Below, in pieces: positions 1 through 15,000 of a DNA stretch of 64,000 bases. Under the pieces are notes generated by a model, which saw nothing but the letters and a program-made list of their open reading frames with translations, was not told where the DNA came from and ran no database searches. Origin of the DNA: Eledone cirrhosa (taxonomy: Eukaryota); the NCBI GenBank assembly GCA_964016885.1, contig OZ024744.1, positions 103,106,001-103,170,000 on the forward strand, given 5' to 3'. Within the stretch, counting starts at the first letter, position 1. Each line of letters begins with the position of its first letter. A program made the translations under genes and the position numbers.

Positions 1-3000
1 AGTCGGTCTACTGTTTAAAGTGGTCCTGCTGCCATGAAACTAAAAAGTTGTCAGTCAACTTTTTAAAGTGGTCCTGCTGACATGAAACTAAAAAGTAGTC
101 AGTCAACTTTTTAAAGTGGTCCTGCTGCCATGAAACTAAAAAGTTGTCAGTCAACTTTTTAAAGTGGTCCTGTTGCCATGAAACTAAAATTAGTCAGTCC
201 ACTGTTTAAAGTGGTCCTGCTGCCATGAAACTAAAAAGTAGTCAGTCCACTGTTTAAAGTGGCCCTGTTGCCATGAAACTAAAAAGTAGTCAGTCTACTG
301 TTTAAAGTGGTCCTGTTGCCATGAAACTAAAAAGTAACTAGTACACTGTTTAAAGTGGTCCTGCTGCCATGATACTAAAAAGTAGTCATTCTACTGTTTA
401 AAGTGGTCCTGCTGCCATGAAACTAAAACATAGTCATTCCACTGTTAAAAGTGGTCCTGCTACCATGAAACTAAAAAGTAACCAGTCCACTGTTTAAAGT
501 GGTCCTGCTTCCATGAAACTAAAAATTAGTCAGTCTACTGGTTAAAGTGATCCTGTTGCCATGAAACTAAAATCCTGTTGCCATGAAACTAAAAAGTAGT
601 CAGTCCACTGTTTAAACTGGTCCTGCTGCCATGAAACTAAAAAGTAACCAGTTCCAATGTTTGAAGTGGTCCTGTTGCCATGTAACTAAAAAGTAAACAG
701 TCTACTGTTTAAAGTGGTCCTGTTGCCATGAAACTAAAAAGTAAACAGTCTACTGTTTAAAGTGGTCCTGTTGCCATGAAACTAAAAAGTAAACAGTCTA
801 CTGTTTAAAGTGGTCCTGTTGCCATGAAACTAAAAAGTAAACAGTCTACTGTTTAAAGTGGTCCTGTTGCCATGAAACTAAAAAGTAAACAGTCTACTGT
901 TTAAAGTGGTCCTGTTGCCATGAAACTAAAAAGTAGTCAGTCTACTGTTTAAAGTGGTCCTGTTGCCGTGAAACTAAAAAGTAACCATTCCACTGTTTAA
1001 AGTGGTCCTGATGCCATGAAACTAGAAAGAAACCAGTCTACTGTTTAAAGTGGTCCTGTTGCCATGAAACTAAAGAGAAACCAGTCCACTGTTTAAAGTG
1101 CTCCTGCTGCCATGAAACTAAAAAGTAGTCAGTCTACTGTTTAAAGTGGTCCTGCTGCCATGAAACTAAAAAGTAACCAGGCTACTGTTTAAAGTGGTGC
1201 TGCTACCATGGAACTAAAAAGTAACCAGTCAACTGTTAAAAGTGGTCCTGCTGCCATGAAACTAAAAAGTAGTCAGTCTACAGTTTAAAGTGGTCCTGCT
1301 GCCATGAAACTAAAAAATAGTCAGTCCACTGTTTAAACTGGTCCTGTTGCCATGAAACTAAAATTAACCAGTCTACTGTTCAAAGTGGTCCTGCTGCCAC
1401 GATACTAAAAAGTAGTCAGTCCACTGTTTAAAGTGGTCCTGCTGCCATGAATCTAAAAAGTAGTCAGTCTACTGTTTAAAGTGGTCCTGCTGCCATGAAA
1501 CTAAAAAGTAGTCAGTCTACTGTTTAAAGTGATCCTGCTGCCATATAACTAAAAAGTAATCAGTCCACTGTTTAAAGTGGTCCTGCTACCATGAAACTAA
1601 AAAGTAGTTAGTCTACTGTTTAAAGTGCTCCTGCTGCCATTAAACTAAAAAGTAACCAGTCTACTATTTAAAGTGTTCCTGCTGCCATGGAACTAAAACG
1701 AAATCAGTCTACTGTTTAAAGTGGGCCTGCTGCCACGAAAGTAAAAAGTAGTCAGTCCACTGTTTAAAGTCGTCCTGCTGCCATGAAACTAAAAGGTAGT
1801 CAGTCTACCGTTTAAGGCAGTCTACTGTTTAAAGTGGTCCTGCTGCCATGAAACTAAAAATTAGTCAGTCTACTGTTTCAAGTGGTCCTGTTGCCATGAA
1901 ACTAAAAAGAAGTCAGTCTACTGTTTAATGTGGTCCTGCTGCCATGCAACTAAAAAGTAGTGAGTCCACTGTTTAAAGTGGCCCTGTTGCCATGAAACTA
2001 AAAAGTAGTCGGTCTACTGTTTAAAGTGGTCCTGCTGCCATGAAACTAAAAAGTAATCAGTCTACTGTTCAAAGTGGTCCTGCTGCCATGAAACTAAAAA
2101 ATAGTCATTCCACTGTTTAAACTGGTTCTGTTGCCATGAAACTAAAAAGTAACCAGTCTAGTCCTGTTGCCATGAAACCAAAAAATAGTCAGTCTACTGT
2201 TTAAAGTGATCCTGCTGACATGAAACTAAAAAGTAGTCAGTTTACTGTTTAAAGTGGTCCTGCTGCCATGAAACTAAAAAGTAGTCAGTCCACTGTTTAA
2301 AGTGGTCCTGCTGCCATGAAACTAAAAAGTAGTCAGTCAACTTTTTAAAGTGGTCCTGCTGCCATGAAACTAAAAAGTAGTGAGTCCACTGTTTAAAGTG
2401 GTCCTGCTGCCATGAAACTAAAAAGTAGTCAGTCTACTTTTTAAAGTGGTCCTGCTGTCATGGAACTAAAATTAGTCAGTCTACTGTTTAAAGTGGTCCT
2501 GTTGCCATGAAACTAAAAAGTAGTCAGTCTACTGTTTAAAGTGGTCCTGCTGCCATGAAACTAAAAAGTAGTCAGTCTACTGATTAAAGTGGTCCTGTTG
2601 CCATGAAACTAAAAAGTAGTCAGTCTACTGTTTAAAGTGGTCCTGCTGCCATGAAACTAAAAGTAGTCAGTATTGCTTAAAGTGGTCCTGCTGCCATGAA
2701 ATTAAAAAGTAAGCAGTCTACTGTTTCAAGTGGTCTTGCTGCCATGAAACTAAAAAGTAGTCAGTCTACTGTTTAAAGTGATCCTGCTGCCATGAAACTA
2801 AAAAGTAATCAGTCCACTGTTTAAAGTGGTCCTGCTACCATGAAACTAAAGAGTAACCAGTCCATGTTTAAAGTGGCCCTGCTGGCATGAAACTAAAAAG
2901 TAGTTAGTCTACTGTTTAAAGTGCTCCTGCTGCCATTAAACTAAAAAGAAGTCAGTCTACTGTTTAATGTGGTCCTGCTGCCATGAAACTAAAAAGTAGT

Positions 3001-6000
3001 GAGTCCACTGTTTAAAGTGGCCCTGTTGCCATGAAACTAAAAAGTAGTCGGTCTACTGTTTAAAGTGGTCCTGCTGCCATGAAACTAAAAAGTAATCAGT
3101 CTACTGTTCAAAGTGGTCCAGCTGCCATGAAACTAAAAAATAGTCATTCCACTGTTTAAACTGGTCCTGCTGCCATGAAACTAAAAAGTAACCAGTCTAC
3201 TGTTTAAAGTGGTGCTGCTACCATGGAACTAAAAAGTAACCAGTCAACTGTTAAAAGTGGTCCTGCTGCCATGAAACTAAAAAGTAGTCAGTCTACAGTT
3301 TAAAGTGGTCCTGCTGCCATGAAACTAAAAAATAGTCAGTCCACTGTTTAAACTGGTCCTGTTGCCATGAAACTAAAATTAACCAGTCTACTGTTCAAAG
3401 TGGTCCTGCTGCCATGATACTAAAAAGTAGTCAGTCCACTGTTTAAAGTGGTCCTGCTGCCATGAATCTAAAAAGTAGTCAGTCTACTGTTTAAAGTGGT
3501 CCTGCTGCCATGAAACTAAAAAGTAGTCAGTCTACTGTTTAAAGTGATCCTGCTGCCATATAACTAAAAAGTAATCAGTCCACTGTTTAAAGTGGTCCTG
3601 CTACCATGAAACTAAAAAGTAGTTAGTCTACTGTTTAAAGTGCTCCTGCTGCCATTAAACTAAAAAGTAACCAGTCTACTATTTAAAGTGTTCCTGCTGC
3701 CATGGAACTAAAACGAAATCAGTCTACTGTTTAAAGTGGGCCTGCTGCCACGAAAGTAAAAAGTAGTCAGTCCACTGTTTAAAGTCGTCCTGCTGCCATG
3801 AAACTAAAAAGTAGTCAGTCTACCGTTTAAGGCAGTCTACTGTTTAAAGTGGTCCTGCTGCCATGAAACTAAAAATTAGTCAGTCTACTGTTTCAAGTGG
3901 TCCTGTTGCCATGAAACTAAAAAGAAGTCAGTCTACTGTTTAATGTGGTCCTGCTGCCATGAAACTAAAAAGTAGTGAGTCCACTGTTTAAAGTGGCCCT
4001 GTTGCCATGAAACTAAAAAGTAGTCGGTCTACTGTTTAAAGTGGTCCTGCTGCCATGAAACTAAAAAGTAATCAGTCTACTGTTCAAAGTGGTCCTGCTG
4101 CCATGAAACTAAAAAATAGTCATTCCACTGTTTAAACTGGTTCTGTTGCCATGAAACTAAAAAGTAACCAGTCTAGTCCTGTTGCCATGAAACTAAAAAA
4201 TAGTCAGTCTACTGTTTAAAGTGATCCTGCTGACATGAAACTAAAAAGTAGTCAGTTTACTGTTTAAAGTGGTCCTGCTGCCATGAAACTAAAAAGTAGT
4301 CAGTCCACTGTTTAAAGTGGTCCTGCTGCCATGAAACTAAAAAGTTGTCAGTCAACTTTTATTAGTGGTCCTGCTGCCATGAAACTAAAAAGTAGTCAGT
4401 CAACTTTTTAAAGTGGTCCTGCTGCCATGAAACTAAAAAGTAGTGAGTCCACTGTTTAAAGTGGTCCTGCTGCCATGAAACTAAAAAGTAGTCAGTCTAC
4501 TTTTTAAAGTGGTCCTGCTGTCATGGAACTAAAATTAGTCAGTCTACTGTTTAAAGTGGTCCTGTTGCCATGAAACTAAAAAGTAGTCAGTCTACTGTTT
4601 AAAGTGGTCCTGCTGCCATGAAACTAAAAAGTAGTCAGTCTACTGATTAAAGTGGCCCTGTTGCCATGAAACTAAAAAGTAGTCAGTCTACTGTTTAAAG
4701 TGGTCCTGCTGCCATGAAACTAAAAGTAGTCAATATTGCTTAAAGTGGTCCTGCTGCCATGAAATTAAAAAGTAAGCAGTCTACTGTTTCAAGTGATCTT
4801 GCTGCCATGAAACTAAAAAGTAGTCAGTCTACTGTTTAAAGTGATCCTGCTGCCATGAAACTAAAAAGTAATCAGTCCACTGTTTAAAGTGGTCCTGCTA
4901 CCATGAAACTAAAGAGTAACCAGTCCATGTTTAAAGTGGTCCTGCTGGCATGAAACTAAAAAGTAGTTAGTCTACTGTTTAAAGTGCTCCTGCTGCCATT
5001 AAACTAAAAAGAAGTCAGTCTACTGTTTAATGTGGTCCTGCTGCCATGAAACTAAAAAGTAGTGAGTCCACTGTTTAAAGTGGCCCTGTTGCCATGAAAC
5101 TAAAAAGTAGTCGGTCTACTGTTTAAAGTGGTCCTGCTGCCATGAAACTAAAAAGTAATCAGTCTACTGTTCAAAGTGGTCCAGCTGCCATGAAACTAAA
5201 AAATAGTCATTCCACTGTTTAAACTGGTTCTGTTGCCATGAAACTAAAAAGTAACCAGTCTACTCCTGTTGCCATGAAACTAAAAAGTAGTCAGTCCACT
5301 GTTTAAAGTGGTCCTGCTGCCATGAAACTAAAAAGTAGTCAGTCCACTGTTTAAAGTGGTTCTGCTGCCATGAAACTAAAAAGTTGTCAGTCAACTTTTT
5401 ATAGTGGTCCTGCTGCCATGAAACTAAAAAGTTGTCAGTCAACTTTTTAAAGTGTTCCTGCTGCCATGAAACTAAAAAGTAGTCAGTCCACTGTTTAAAG
5501 TGGTCCTGCTGCCATGAAACTAAAAAGTAGTCAGTCTACTTTTTAAAGTGGTCCTGCTGTCATGGAACTAAAATTAGTCAGTCTACTGTTTAAAGTGGTC
5601 CTGTTGCCATGAAACTAAAAAGTAGTCAGTCCACTGTTTAAAGTGATCCTGCTGCCATGAAACTAAAAAGTAGTCAGTCCACTGTTTAAAGTGGTCCTGC
5701 TGCCATGAAACTAAAAAGTTGTCAGTCAACTTTTTATAGTGGTCCTGCTGCCATGAAACTAAAAAGTTGTCAGTCAACTTTTAAAAGTGGTCCTGCTGCC
5801 ATGAAACTAAAAAGTAGTCAGTCCACTGTTTAAAGTGGTCCTGCTGCCATGAAACTAAAAAGTAGTCAGTCTACTTTTTAAAGTGGTCCTGCTGTCATGG
5901 AACTAAAATTAGTCAGTCTACTGTTTAAAGTGGTCCTGTTGCCATGAAACTAAAAAGTAGTCAGTCTACTGTTTAAAGTGGTCCTGCTTCCATGAAACTA

Positions 6001-9000
6001 AAAAGTAGTCAGTCTACTGTTTAAAGTGGTCCTGTTGCCATGAAACTAAAAAGTAGTCAGTCTACTGTTTAAAGTGGTCCTGCTGCCATGAAACTAAAAA
6101 GTAGTCAGTATTGCTTAAAGTGGTCCTGCTGCCATGAAATTAAAAAGTAACCAGTCTACTGTTTAAAGTGATCCTGCTGCCATGAAACTAAAAAGTAACC
6201 AGTCCACTGTTTAATGTAGTCCTGCTGCCATGAAACTAAAAAGTAGTGAGTCCACTGTTTAAAGTGGCCCTGTTGCCATGAAACTAAAAAGTAGTCGTTC
6301 TACTGTTTAAACTGGTCCTGCTGCCATGAATGTAAAAAGTAGTCAGTCCACTGTTTAAAGTGGTCCTGCTGCCATGAAACTAAAAAGTAGTCAGTACACT
6401 GTTTAAAGTGGTCCTGTTGCCATGGAACTAAAAACTAGTCAGTCCACTGTTTAAAGTGGTTCTGCTGCCATGAAACTAAAAAGTAGTCAGTCTACTGTTT
6501 AAAGTGGTCCTGCTGCCATGAAACTAAAAAGTAACCAGTCAACTGTTTAAAGTGGTGCTGCTACCATGAAACTAAAAACTAACCAGTCCACTGTTTAAAG
6601 TGGTCCTGCTGCCATGAAACTAAAAAGTAGTCAGTCTACTGTTTAAAGTGGTCCTGCTGCCATGAAACTAAAAAGTAGTCAGTCTACTGTTTAAAGTGGT
6701 CCTGCTGCAATGAAACTAAAAAATAGTCAATCTACTGTTTAAACTGGTCCTGTTGTCATGATACTAAAAAGTAACCAGTCTACTGTTCAAAGTGGTCCTG
6801 TTGCCATGAAACTAAAAAGTAGTCAGTCCACTGTTTAAAGTGTCCCTGTTGCCATGAAACTAAAAAGTAGTCAGTCCACTGTTTAAAGTGTCCCTGTTGC
6901 CATGAAACTAAAAAGTAGTCAGTCCACTGTTTAAAGTGGACCTGTTGCCATGGAACTAAGAAGTAATCAGTCTACTGTTTAAAGTGGTCCTGCTACCATG
7001 AAACTAAAAAGTAACCAGTTCCACTGTTTAAAGTGGTCCTGCTGCCATGAAACTAAAAAGTAATCAGTCTACTGTTTAAAGTGGTCCTGTTGCCATGAAA
7101 CTAAAAAGTAGTCAGTCCACTGTTTAAAGTGGTCCTGCTACCATGAAACTAAAGAGTAACCAGTCCATGTTTAAAGGGGTCCTGCTGACATGAAACTAAA
7201 AAGTAGTCAGTCTACTGTTTAAAGTGCTCCTGCAGCCACTAAACTAAAAAGTAACCAGTATACTACTATTTAAAGTGGTCCTGCTGCCATGGAACTAAAA
7301 CGTAATCAGTCTACTGTTTAAAGTGGTCCAGCTGCCATGAAACTAAAAAGTTTTCAGTCAACTTTTTAAAGTGGTCCTGTTGCCATGAAACTAAAATTAG
7401 TCAGTCCACTGTTTAAAGTGGCCCTGTTGCCATGAAACTAAAAAGTAGTCAGTCTACTGTTTAAAGTGGTCCTGCTGCCATGAAACTAAAAAATAGTCAT
7501 TCCACTGTTTAAACTGGTTCTGTTGCCATGAAACTAAAAAGTAACCAGTCTAGTCCTGTTGCCATGAAACTAAAAAATAGTCAGTCTACTGTTTAAAGTG
7601 ATCCTGCTGACATGAAAGTAAAAAGTATCCAGTCTACTGTTTAAAGTGGTCCTGCTGCCATGAAACTAAAAAGTAACCAGTCTACTGTTTAAAGTGATCC
7701 TGCAGCCATGAAACTAAAGAGTAACCAGTCTACTATTTAAAGTGGTCCTGCTGCCATGAAACTAAAAAGTAACCAGTCTACTGTTTAAAGTGGCCCTGCT
7801 GCCATGGAACTAAAAAGTAGTCAGTCCACTGTTTAAAGTGGTCCTGCTGCCATGAAACTAAAAAGTAACCAGTCTACTGTTTAAAGTGATCCTGCTGCCA
7901 TGAAACTAAAACGTAGTCAGTCCACCGTTTAAAGTGGTCCTGCTGCCATGAAACTAAAAAGTAGTCAGTCTACTGTTTAAAGTGGTCCTGCTGCCATGAA
8001 ACTAAAAATAGTCAGTCTACTTTTTAAATTAGTCCTGCTGCCATGAAACTAAAAAGTAGTCACTCTACTGTTTAAAGTGGTCCTGTTACCATGAAACTAA
8101 AAAGTAACTAGTACACTGTTTAAAGTGGTCCTGTTGCCATGAAACTAAAATATAGTCAGTCCACTGTTTAAAGTGATCCTGCTGCCATGAAACTAAAAAG
8201 TAGTAAGTCTACTGTTTAAAGTTGTCCTGTTGCCATGAAAGTAAAAAGTAGTCAGTCTACTGTTTACAGTGGTCCTGTTGCCATGAAACTAAAAAGTAGT
8301 CAGTCTACTGTTTAAAGTGGTCCTGCTGCCATGAAACTAAAAAGTAGTCAGTCTACTGCTTAAAGTGGTCCTGCTGCCATGAAATTAAAAAGTAACCAGT
8401 CTACTGTTTCAGGTGGTCCTGCTGCCATGGAACTAAAAAGTAGTCAGTCTACTGTTTAAAGTGGTCCTGCTGCCATGAAACTAAAAAGTAGTCAGTCTAC
8501 TGCTTAAAGTGATCCTGCTGCCATGAAACTAAAAAGTAACCAGTCCACTGTTTAATGTAGTCCTACTGCCATGAAACTAAAAAGTAGTGAGTCCACTGTT
8601 TAAAGTGTCCCTGTTGCCATGAAAATAAAAAGTAGTCGTTCTACTGTTTAAAGTGGTCCTGTTGCCATGAAACTAAAAAGTAACCAGTCTACTGTTTAAA
8701 GTGGTGCTGTTGCCATGAAACTAAAAAGGAAACAGTCTACTGTTTAAAGTGGTCCTGTTGCCATGAAACTAAAAAGTAGACAGTCTACTGTTTAAAGTGG
8801 TCCTGTTGCCATGAAACTAAAGAGTAACCAGTCCACTGTTTAAAGTGGTGCTGATACCATGGAACTAAAAAGTAACCAGTCCACTGTTTAAATTGGTCCT
8901 GCTGCCATGAAACTAAAAAGTAGTCAGTCTACTGTTTAAAGTGGTCCTGTTGCCATGGAACTAAAAAATAGTCATTCCACTGTTTAAACTGGTCCTGTTG

Positions 9001-12000
9001 CCATGAAACTAAAAAGTAACCAGTCTACTGTTCAAAGTGGTCCTGTTGCCATGAAACTAAAAAGTAACCAATCTACTGTTCAAAGTGGTCCTGTTGCCAT
9101 GAAACTAAAATTAACCATTCTACTGTTCAAAGTGGTCCTGCTGCCATGACACTAAAAAGTAGTCAGTCTACTGTTTAAAGTGGTCCTGCTGCCATGAAAC
9201 TAAAAAATAGTCATTCCACTGTTTAAACTGGTCCTGTTGCCATGAAACTAAAAAGTAGTCAGTCCACTGTTTAAAGTGGTCCTGCTGCTATGAAACTAAA
9301 AAGTAATCAGTCCACTGTTTAAACTGGTCCTGCTGCCATGAAACTAAAAAGTAACCAGTTCCACTGTTTAAAGTGGTCCTGCTGCCATGAAACTAAAAAG
9401 TAGTCAGTCTACTGTTTAAAGCAGTCTACTGTTTAAAGTGGTCCTGCTGCCATGAAACTAAAAAGTAACCAGTCCACTGTTTAAAGTGGTCCTGTTGCCA
9501 TGAAACTAAAGAGTAACCAGTCCACTGTTTAAAGTGCTCCTGCTGCCATGAAACTAAAAAGTAGTCAGTCTACTGTTTAAAGTGGTCCTGCTGCCATGAA
9601 ACTAAAAAGTAGTCAGTCTACTGTTTAAAGTGGTACTGCTGCCATGAAACTAAAAAGTAGACAGTGTACTGTTTAAAGTGGTCCTGTTGCCATGAAACTA
9701 AAGAGTAACCAGTCCACTGTTTAAAGTGCTCCTGCTGCCATGAAACTAACAAGTAGTCAGTCTACTGTTTAAAGTGGTCCTGCTGCCATGAAACTAAAAA
9801 GTAGTCAGTCTACTGTTTAAAGTTGTCCTGCTGCCATGAAACTAAAAAGGAACCAGTCTACTGTTTAAAGTGGTGCTGCTACCATGGAACTAAAAAGTAA
9901 CCAGTCCACTGTTTAAAGTGGTCCTGCTGCCATGAAACTAAAAAGTAGTCAGTCTACTGTTTAAAGTGATCCTGCTGCCATGAAACTAAAAAATAGTCAG
10001 TCCACTGTTTAATCTGGTCCTGTTGCCATGAAACTAAAAAGTAACCAGTCTACTGTTCAAAGTGGTCCTGTTGCCATGAAACTAAAAAGTAGTCAGTCTA
10101 CTGTTTAAAGTGGTCCTGCTGCCATGAAACTAAAAAGTAACCAGTCCACTGTTTAAAGTGGCCCTGTTGCCATGGAACTAAGAAGTAATCAGTCTACTGT
10201 TTAAAGTGGGCCTGCTGCCATGAAACTAAAAAGTAGTCAGTCTACTGTTTAAAGTGGTCCTGCTGCCATGAAACTAAAAAGTAGTCAGTCCACTGTTTAA
10301 ACTGGTCCTGCTGCCATGAAACTAAAAAGTAACCAGTTCCACTGTTTAAACTGGTCCTGCTGCCATGAAACTAAAAAGTAGTCAGTCCACTGTTTAAACT
10401 GGTCCTGCTGCCATGAAACTAAAAAGTAACCAGTCTACTGCTTAAAGTGGTCCTGTTGCCATGAAACTAAAAATTAGTCAGTCTACTGTTTCAAGTGGTC
10501 CTGTTGCAATGAAACTAAAAAGTAGTCAGTCTACTGTTTAATGTGGTCCTGCTGCCATGAAACTAAAAAGTAGTGAGTCCACTGTTTAAAGTGGCCCTGT
10601 TGCCATGAAACTAAAAAGTAGTCAGTCCACTGTTTAAAGTGGCCCTGTTGCCATGAAACTAAAAAGTAGTCAGTCTACTGTTTAAAGTGGTCCTGCTGCC
10701 ATGAAACTAAAAAATAATCATTCCACTGTTTAAACTGGTTCTGTTGCCATGAAACTAAAAAGTAACCAGTCTACTGTTCAAAGTGGTCCTGTTGCCATGA
10801 AACTAAAAAATAGTCAGTCTACTGTTTAAAGTGATCCTGCTGACATGAAACTAAAAAGTAGTCAGTCTACTGTTTAAAGTGGTCCTGCTGCCATGAAACT
10901 AAAAAGTAACTAGTCTACTGTTTAAAGTGATCCTGCTGCCATGAAACTAAACATTAGTCCGTCCACTGTTTAAAGTGGTCCTGCTGCCATGAGACTAAAA
11001 AGTAGTCAGTCTACTGTTTAAAGTGGTCCTGCTGCCATGAAACTAAAAAGTAGTCCGTCTACTGTTTAAAGTGGTCCTGTTGCCATGAAACTAAAAAGTA
11101 GTCAGTCTACTGTTTAAAGTGGTCCTGTTGCCATGAAACTAAAAAGTAGTCAGTCTACTGCTTAAAGTGGTCCTGCTGCCATGAAACTAAAAATTAGTCA
11201 GTCTACTGTTTAAAGTGGTCCTGCTGCTACGAAACTAAAAAGTAGTCAGTCTACTGCTTAAAGTGGTCCTGCTGCCATGAAACTAAAAAGTAATCAGTCT
11301 ACTGTTTAAAGTGATCCTGCTGACATGAAACTAAAAAGTAGTCAGTCTACTGTTTAAAGTGGTCCTGCTGCCATGAAACTAAAAAGTAACCAGTCTACTG
11401 TTTAAAGTGATCCTGCTCCCATGAAACTAAAAAGTAGTCAGTCTACTGTTGAAAGTGGTCCTGCTTCCATGAAACTAAAAAGTAACCAGTCTACTGTTTA
11501 AAGTGATCCTGCTCCCATGAAACTAAAAAGTAGTCAGTCTACTGTTGAAAGTGGTCCTGCTTCCATGAAACTAAAAAGTAACCAGTCTACTGTTTAAAGT
11601 GGCCCTGCTGCCATGAAACTAAAAAGTAACCAGTCTACTGTTTAAAGTGATCCTGCTGCCATGAAACTAAAAAGTAGTCAGTCCATATTTAAAGTGGTCC
11701 TGCTGCCATGAAACTAAAAAGGAGTCAGTCTACTGTTTAAAGTGGTCCTGCTGCCATGAAACTAAAAAGTAGTCACTCTACTGTTTAAAGTGGTCCTGTT
11801 GCCATGAAACTAGTAAGTAACTAGTACACTGTTTAAAGTGGTCCTGTTGCCATGCAACTAGTAAGTAACTAGTACACTGTTTAAAGTGATCCTGCTGCCA
11901 TGAAACTAAAAAGTAGTCAGTCCGCTGTTTAAAGTGGTCCTGCTGCCATGAAACTAAAAAGTAGTCAGTCCACTGTTCAAAGTGGCCCTGCTGCCAGGAA

Positions 12001-15000
12001 ACTAAAAAGTAGTCAGTCTACTGTTTAAAGTGATCCTGCTGACATGAAACTAAAAATTAGTCAGTCTACTGTCTAAAGTGGTCCTGTTGCCATGAAACTA
12101 AAAAGTAGTCAGTCTACTGTTTAAACTGGTCCTGCTGCCATGAAACTAAAAAGTGACCAGTCTACTGCTTAAAGTGGTCCTGCTGCCATGAAACTTGAAA
12201 GTAGTTACTCTACTGTTTAATGTAGTCCTGCTGCCATGTAACTAAAAGGTAACCAGTCTACTGTTTAAAGTGGTCCTACTGCCATGAAACTAAAAAATAG
12301 TCAGTCAACTGTTTAAACTGGTCCTGTTGCCATTAAACTAAAAAGTAACCAGTCTACTGTTTAAAGTGGTCCTGCTGCAATGAAACTAAAAAGTAGTCAG
12401 TCTACTGGTTAAAGTCGTCCTGCTGACATGAAACGAAAAAGTAGTCAGCCTTCAGTTTAAAGTGGTCCTGTTGCCATGAAACTAAAAATTAGTTAGTCCA
12501 CTGTTTAAAGTGGTCCTGCTGCCATTAAATTAAAAAGTAACCAGTCTACTGCTTAAAGTGGTCCTGCTGCCATGAAACTAAAAAGTAGTCAGTCTACTGT
12601 TAAAAGTAGTCCTGTTGTCATGAAACGAAACATTAGTCAGTCTACTGCTTAAAGTGGTCCTGTTGCCATGAAACTAAAGAGTAACCTGTCCACTGTTTAA
12701 AGTGGTCCTGCTGACATGGAACTAAAAAGTAGTCAGTCTACTGTTTAAAGTGGTCCTACTGCCATGAAACTGAAAAGTAGTCAGTCTACTGTTTAAAGTG
12801 GTCCTGCTGTCATGAAACTGAAAAGTAGTCAGTCTACTGTTTAAAGTGGTCCTACTGCCATGAAACTAAAAAATAGTCAGTCAACTGTTTAAACTGGTCC
12901 TGTTGCCATTAAACTAAAAAGTAACCAGTCTACTGTTTAAAGTGGTCCTGCTGCCATGAAACTAAAAAGTAGTCAGTCTACTGGTTAAAGTGGTCCTGTT
13001 GCCATTAAATTAAAAAGTAACCAGTCTACTGCTTAAAATGATCCTGCAGCCATGAAACTAAAGAGTAACCAGTCTACTGTTTAAAGTGATCCTGCTGCCA
13101 TGAAACTAAAAAATAGTCAGTCCACTGTTTAAAGTGGCCCTCCTGCCATGAATCTGAAAAGTGCCCAATCTACCGTGTAAGATGGCCTTGCTGGTGTTTA
13201 AAGTGGTCCTGCTGCCATGAAACTAAAAAGTAGTCGGTCCATGTTTACAGTGGTCCTGCTGCCATGAAACTAAAAAGTAGTCAGTCTACTGCTTAAAGTG
13301 ATCCTGCTGCCATGAAACTAAAAAGTAGTCAGTCTACTGTTTAAAGTGGTCCTGCTGCCATGAAACTAAAAAGTAGTCTGTCTACTGTTTAAAGTGGTCC
13401 TGCTGCCATGAAACTAAAAAGTAGTCAGTCTACTGTTTAAAGTGGTCTTGCTGCCATGAAACTAAAAAATTACTAGTACACTGTTTAATGTGGTCCTGCT
13501 GCCATGAAACTAAAAGGTAACCAGTCTACTATTTAAAGTGGTCCTGCTCCATGAAAATAAAAAGTAGTCAGTCCACTGTTTAAAGTGGTCCTGCTGCCAT
13601 GAAAGTAAAAAGTAGTAAGTCTACTGTTTAAAGTGGTCCTGCTGCCATGAAACTAAAAAGTAGCCAGTCTACTGTTTAAAGTGGTCCTGCTGCCATGAAA
13701 GTAAAAAGTTGTCAGTCAACTGTTTAAAGTGGTCCTGCTGTCATGAAACTAAAAAGTAGTCAGTCCACTGTTTAAAGTGGTGCTGCTGCCATGAAACTAA
13801 AAAGTAACCAGTCTACTGCTTAAAGTGGTCCTGCTGCCATGAAACTAAAAAGTAGTCAGTCTACTGTTTAATGTGGTCCTGCTGCCATGAAACTAAAAGG
13901 TAACCAGTCTACTGCTTAAAGTGGTCCTGCTGCCATGAAACAAAAAAGTAACCAGTCTACTGCTTAAAGTGGTCCTGTTGCCATGAAACTAAAAAGTAGT
14001 CAGTCTACTGTTTAAAGTGGTCCTGTTGCCATGAAACTAAAAAGTAGTCAGTCTACTGTTTAAAGTGGTCCTGCTGCCATGAAACTAAAAAGTAGTCAGT
14101 CTACTGTTTAAAGTTGTCCTGCTGCCATGGAACTAAAAAGTAATCAGTCTACTATTTAAAGTGGTCCTGCTGCCATGAAACTAAAAAGTAGTCAGTCCAC
14201 TGTTTAAAGTGGTCCTACTGCCATGAAACTAAAAAGTCACCAGTCTACTGTTTAAAGTGGTCCTACTGCCATGAAACTAAAAAGTCACCAGTCTACTGTT
14301 TAAAGTGGTCCTGCTGCTGTGAAACTAAAAAGTAGTCAGTCCACTGTTTAAACTGGTCCTGCTGCCATGAAACTAAAAAGTAACCAGTTCCACTGTTTAA
14401 AGTGGTCCTGATGCCATGAAAATAAAAAGTAATCAGTCTACTGTTTAAAGTGGTCCTGTTGCCATGAAACTAAAAAGTAGTCAGTCCACTGTTTAAAGTG
14501 GTCCTGCTACCATGAAACTAAAGAGTAACCAGTCCATGTTTAAAGGGGTCCTGCTGACATGAAACTAAAAAGTAGTCAGTCTACTGTTTAAAGTGCTCCT
14601 CCAGCCACTAAACTAAAAAGTAACCAGTATACTACTATTTAAAGTGGTCCTGCTGCCATGGAACTAAAACGTAATCAGTCTACTGTTTAAAGTGGGCCTG
14701 CTGCCATGAAACTAAAAAGTAGTCAGTCCACTGTTTAAAGTAGTCCTGGTGCCATGAAACTAAAAAGTTGTCAGTCAACTTTTTAAAGTGGTCCTGCTGC
14801 CATGAAACTAAAAAGTAGTCAGTCAACTTTTTAAAGTGGTCCAGCTGCCATGAAACTAAAAAGTTTTCAGTCAACTTTTTAAAGTGGTCCTGTTGCCATG
14901 AAACTAAAATTAGTCAGTCCACTGTTTAAACTGGCCCTGTTGCCATGAAACTAAAAAGTAGTCAGTCTACTGTTTAAAGTGGTCCTGCTGCCATGAAACT

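Noticed and set aside
5260-14874. Minus-strand ORFs with DYFLVSWQQDHFKQWT repeats
   Set aside because: They arise only where several consecutive monomers carry TGG/TTG instead of the TAG stop; most monomers have the stop.
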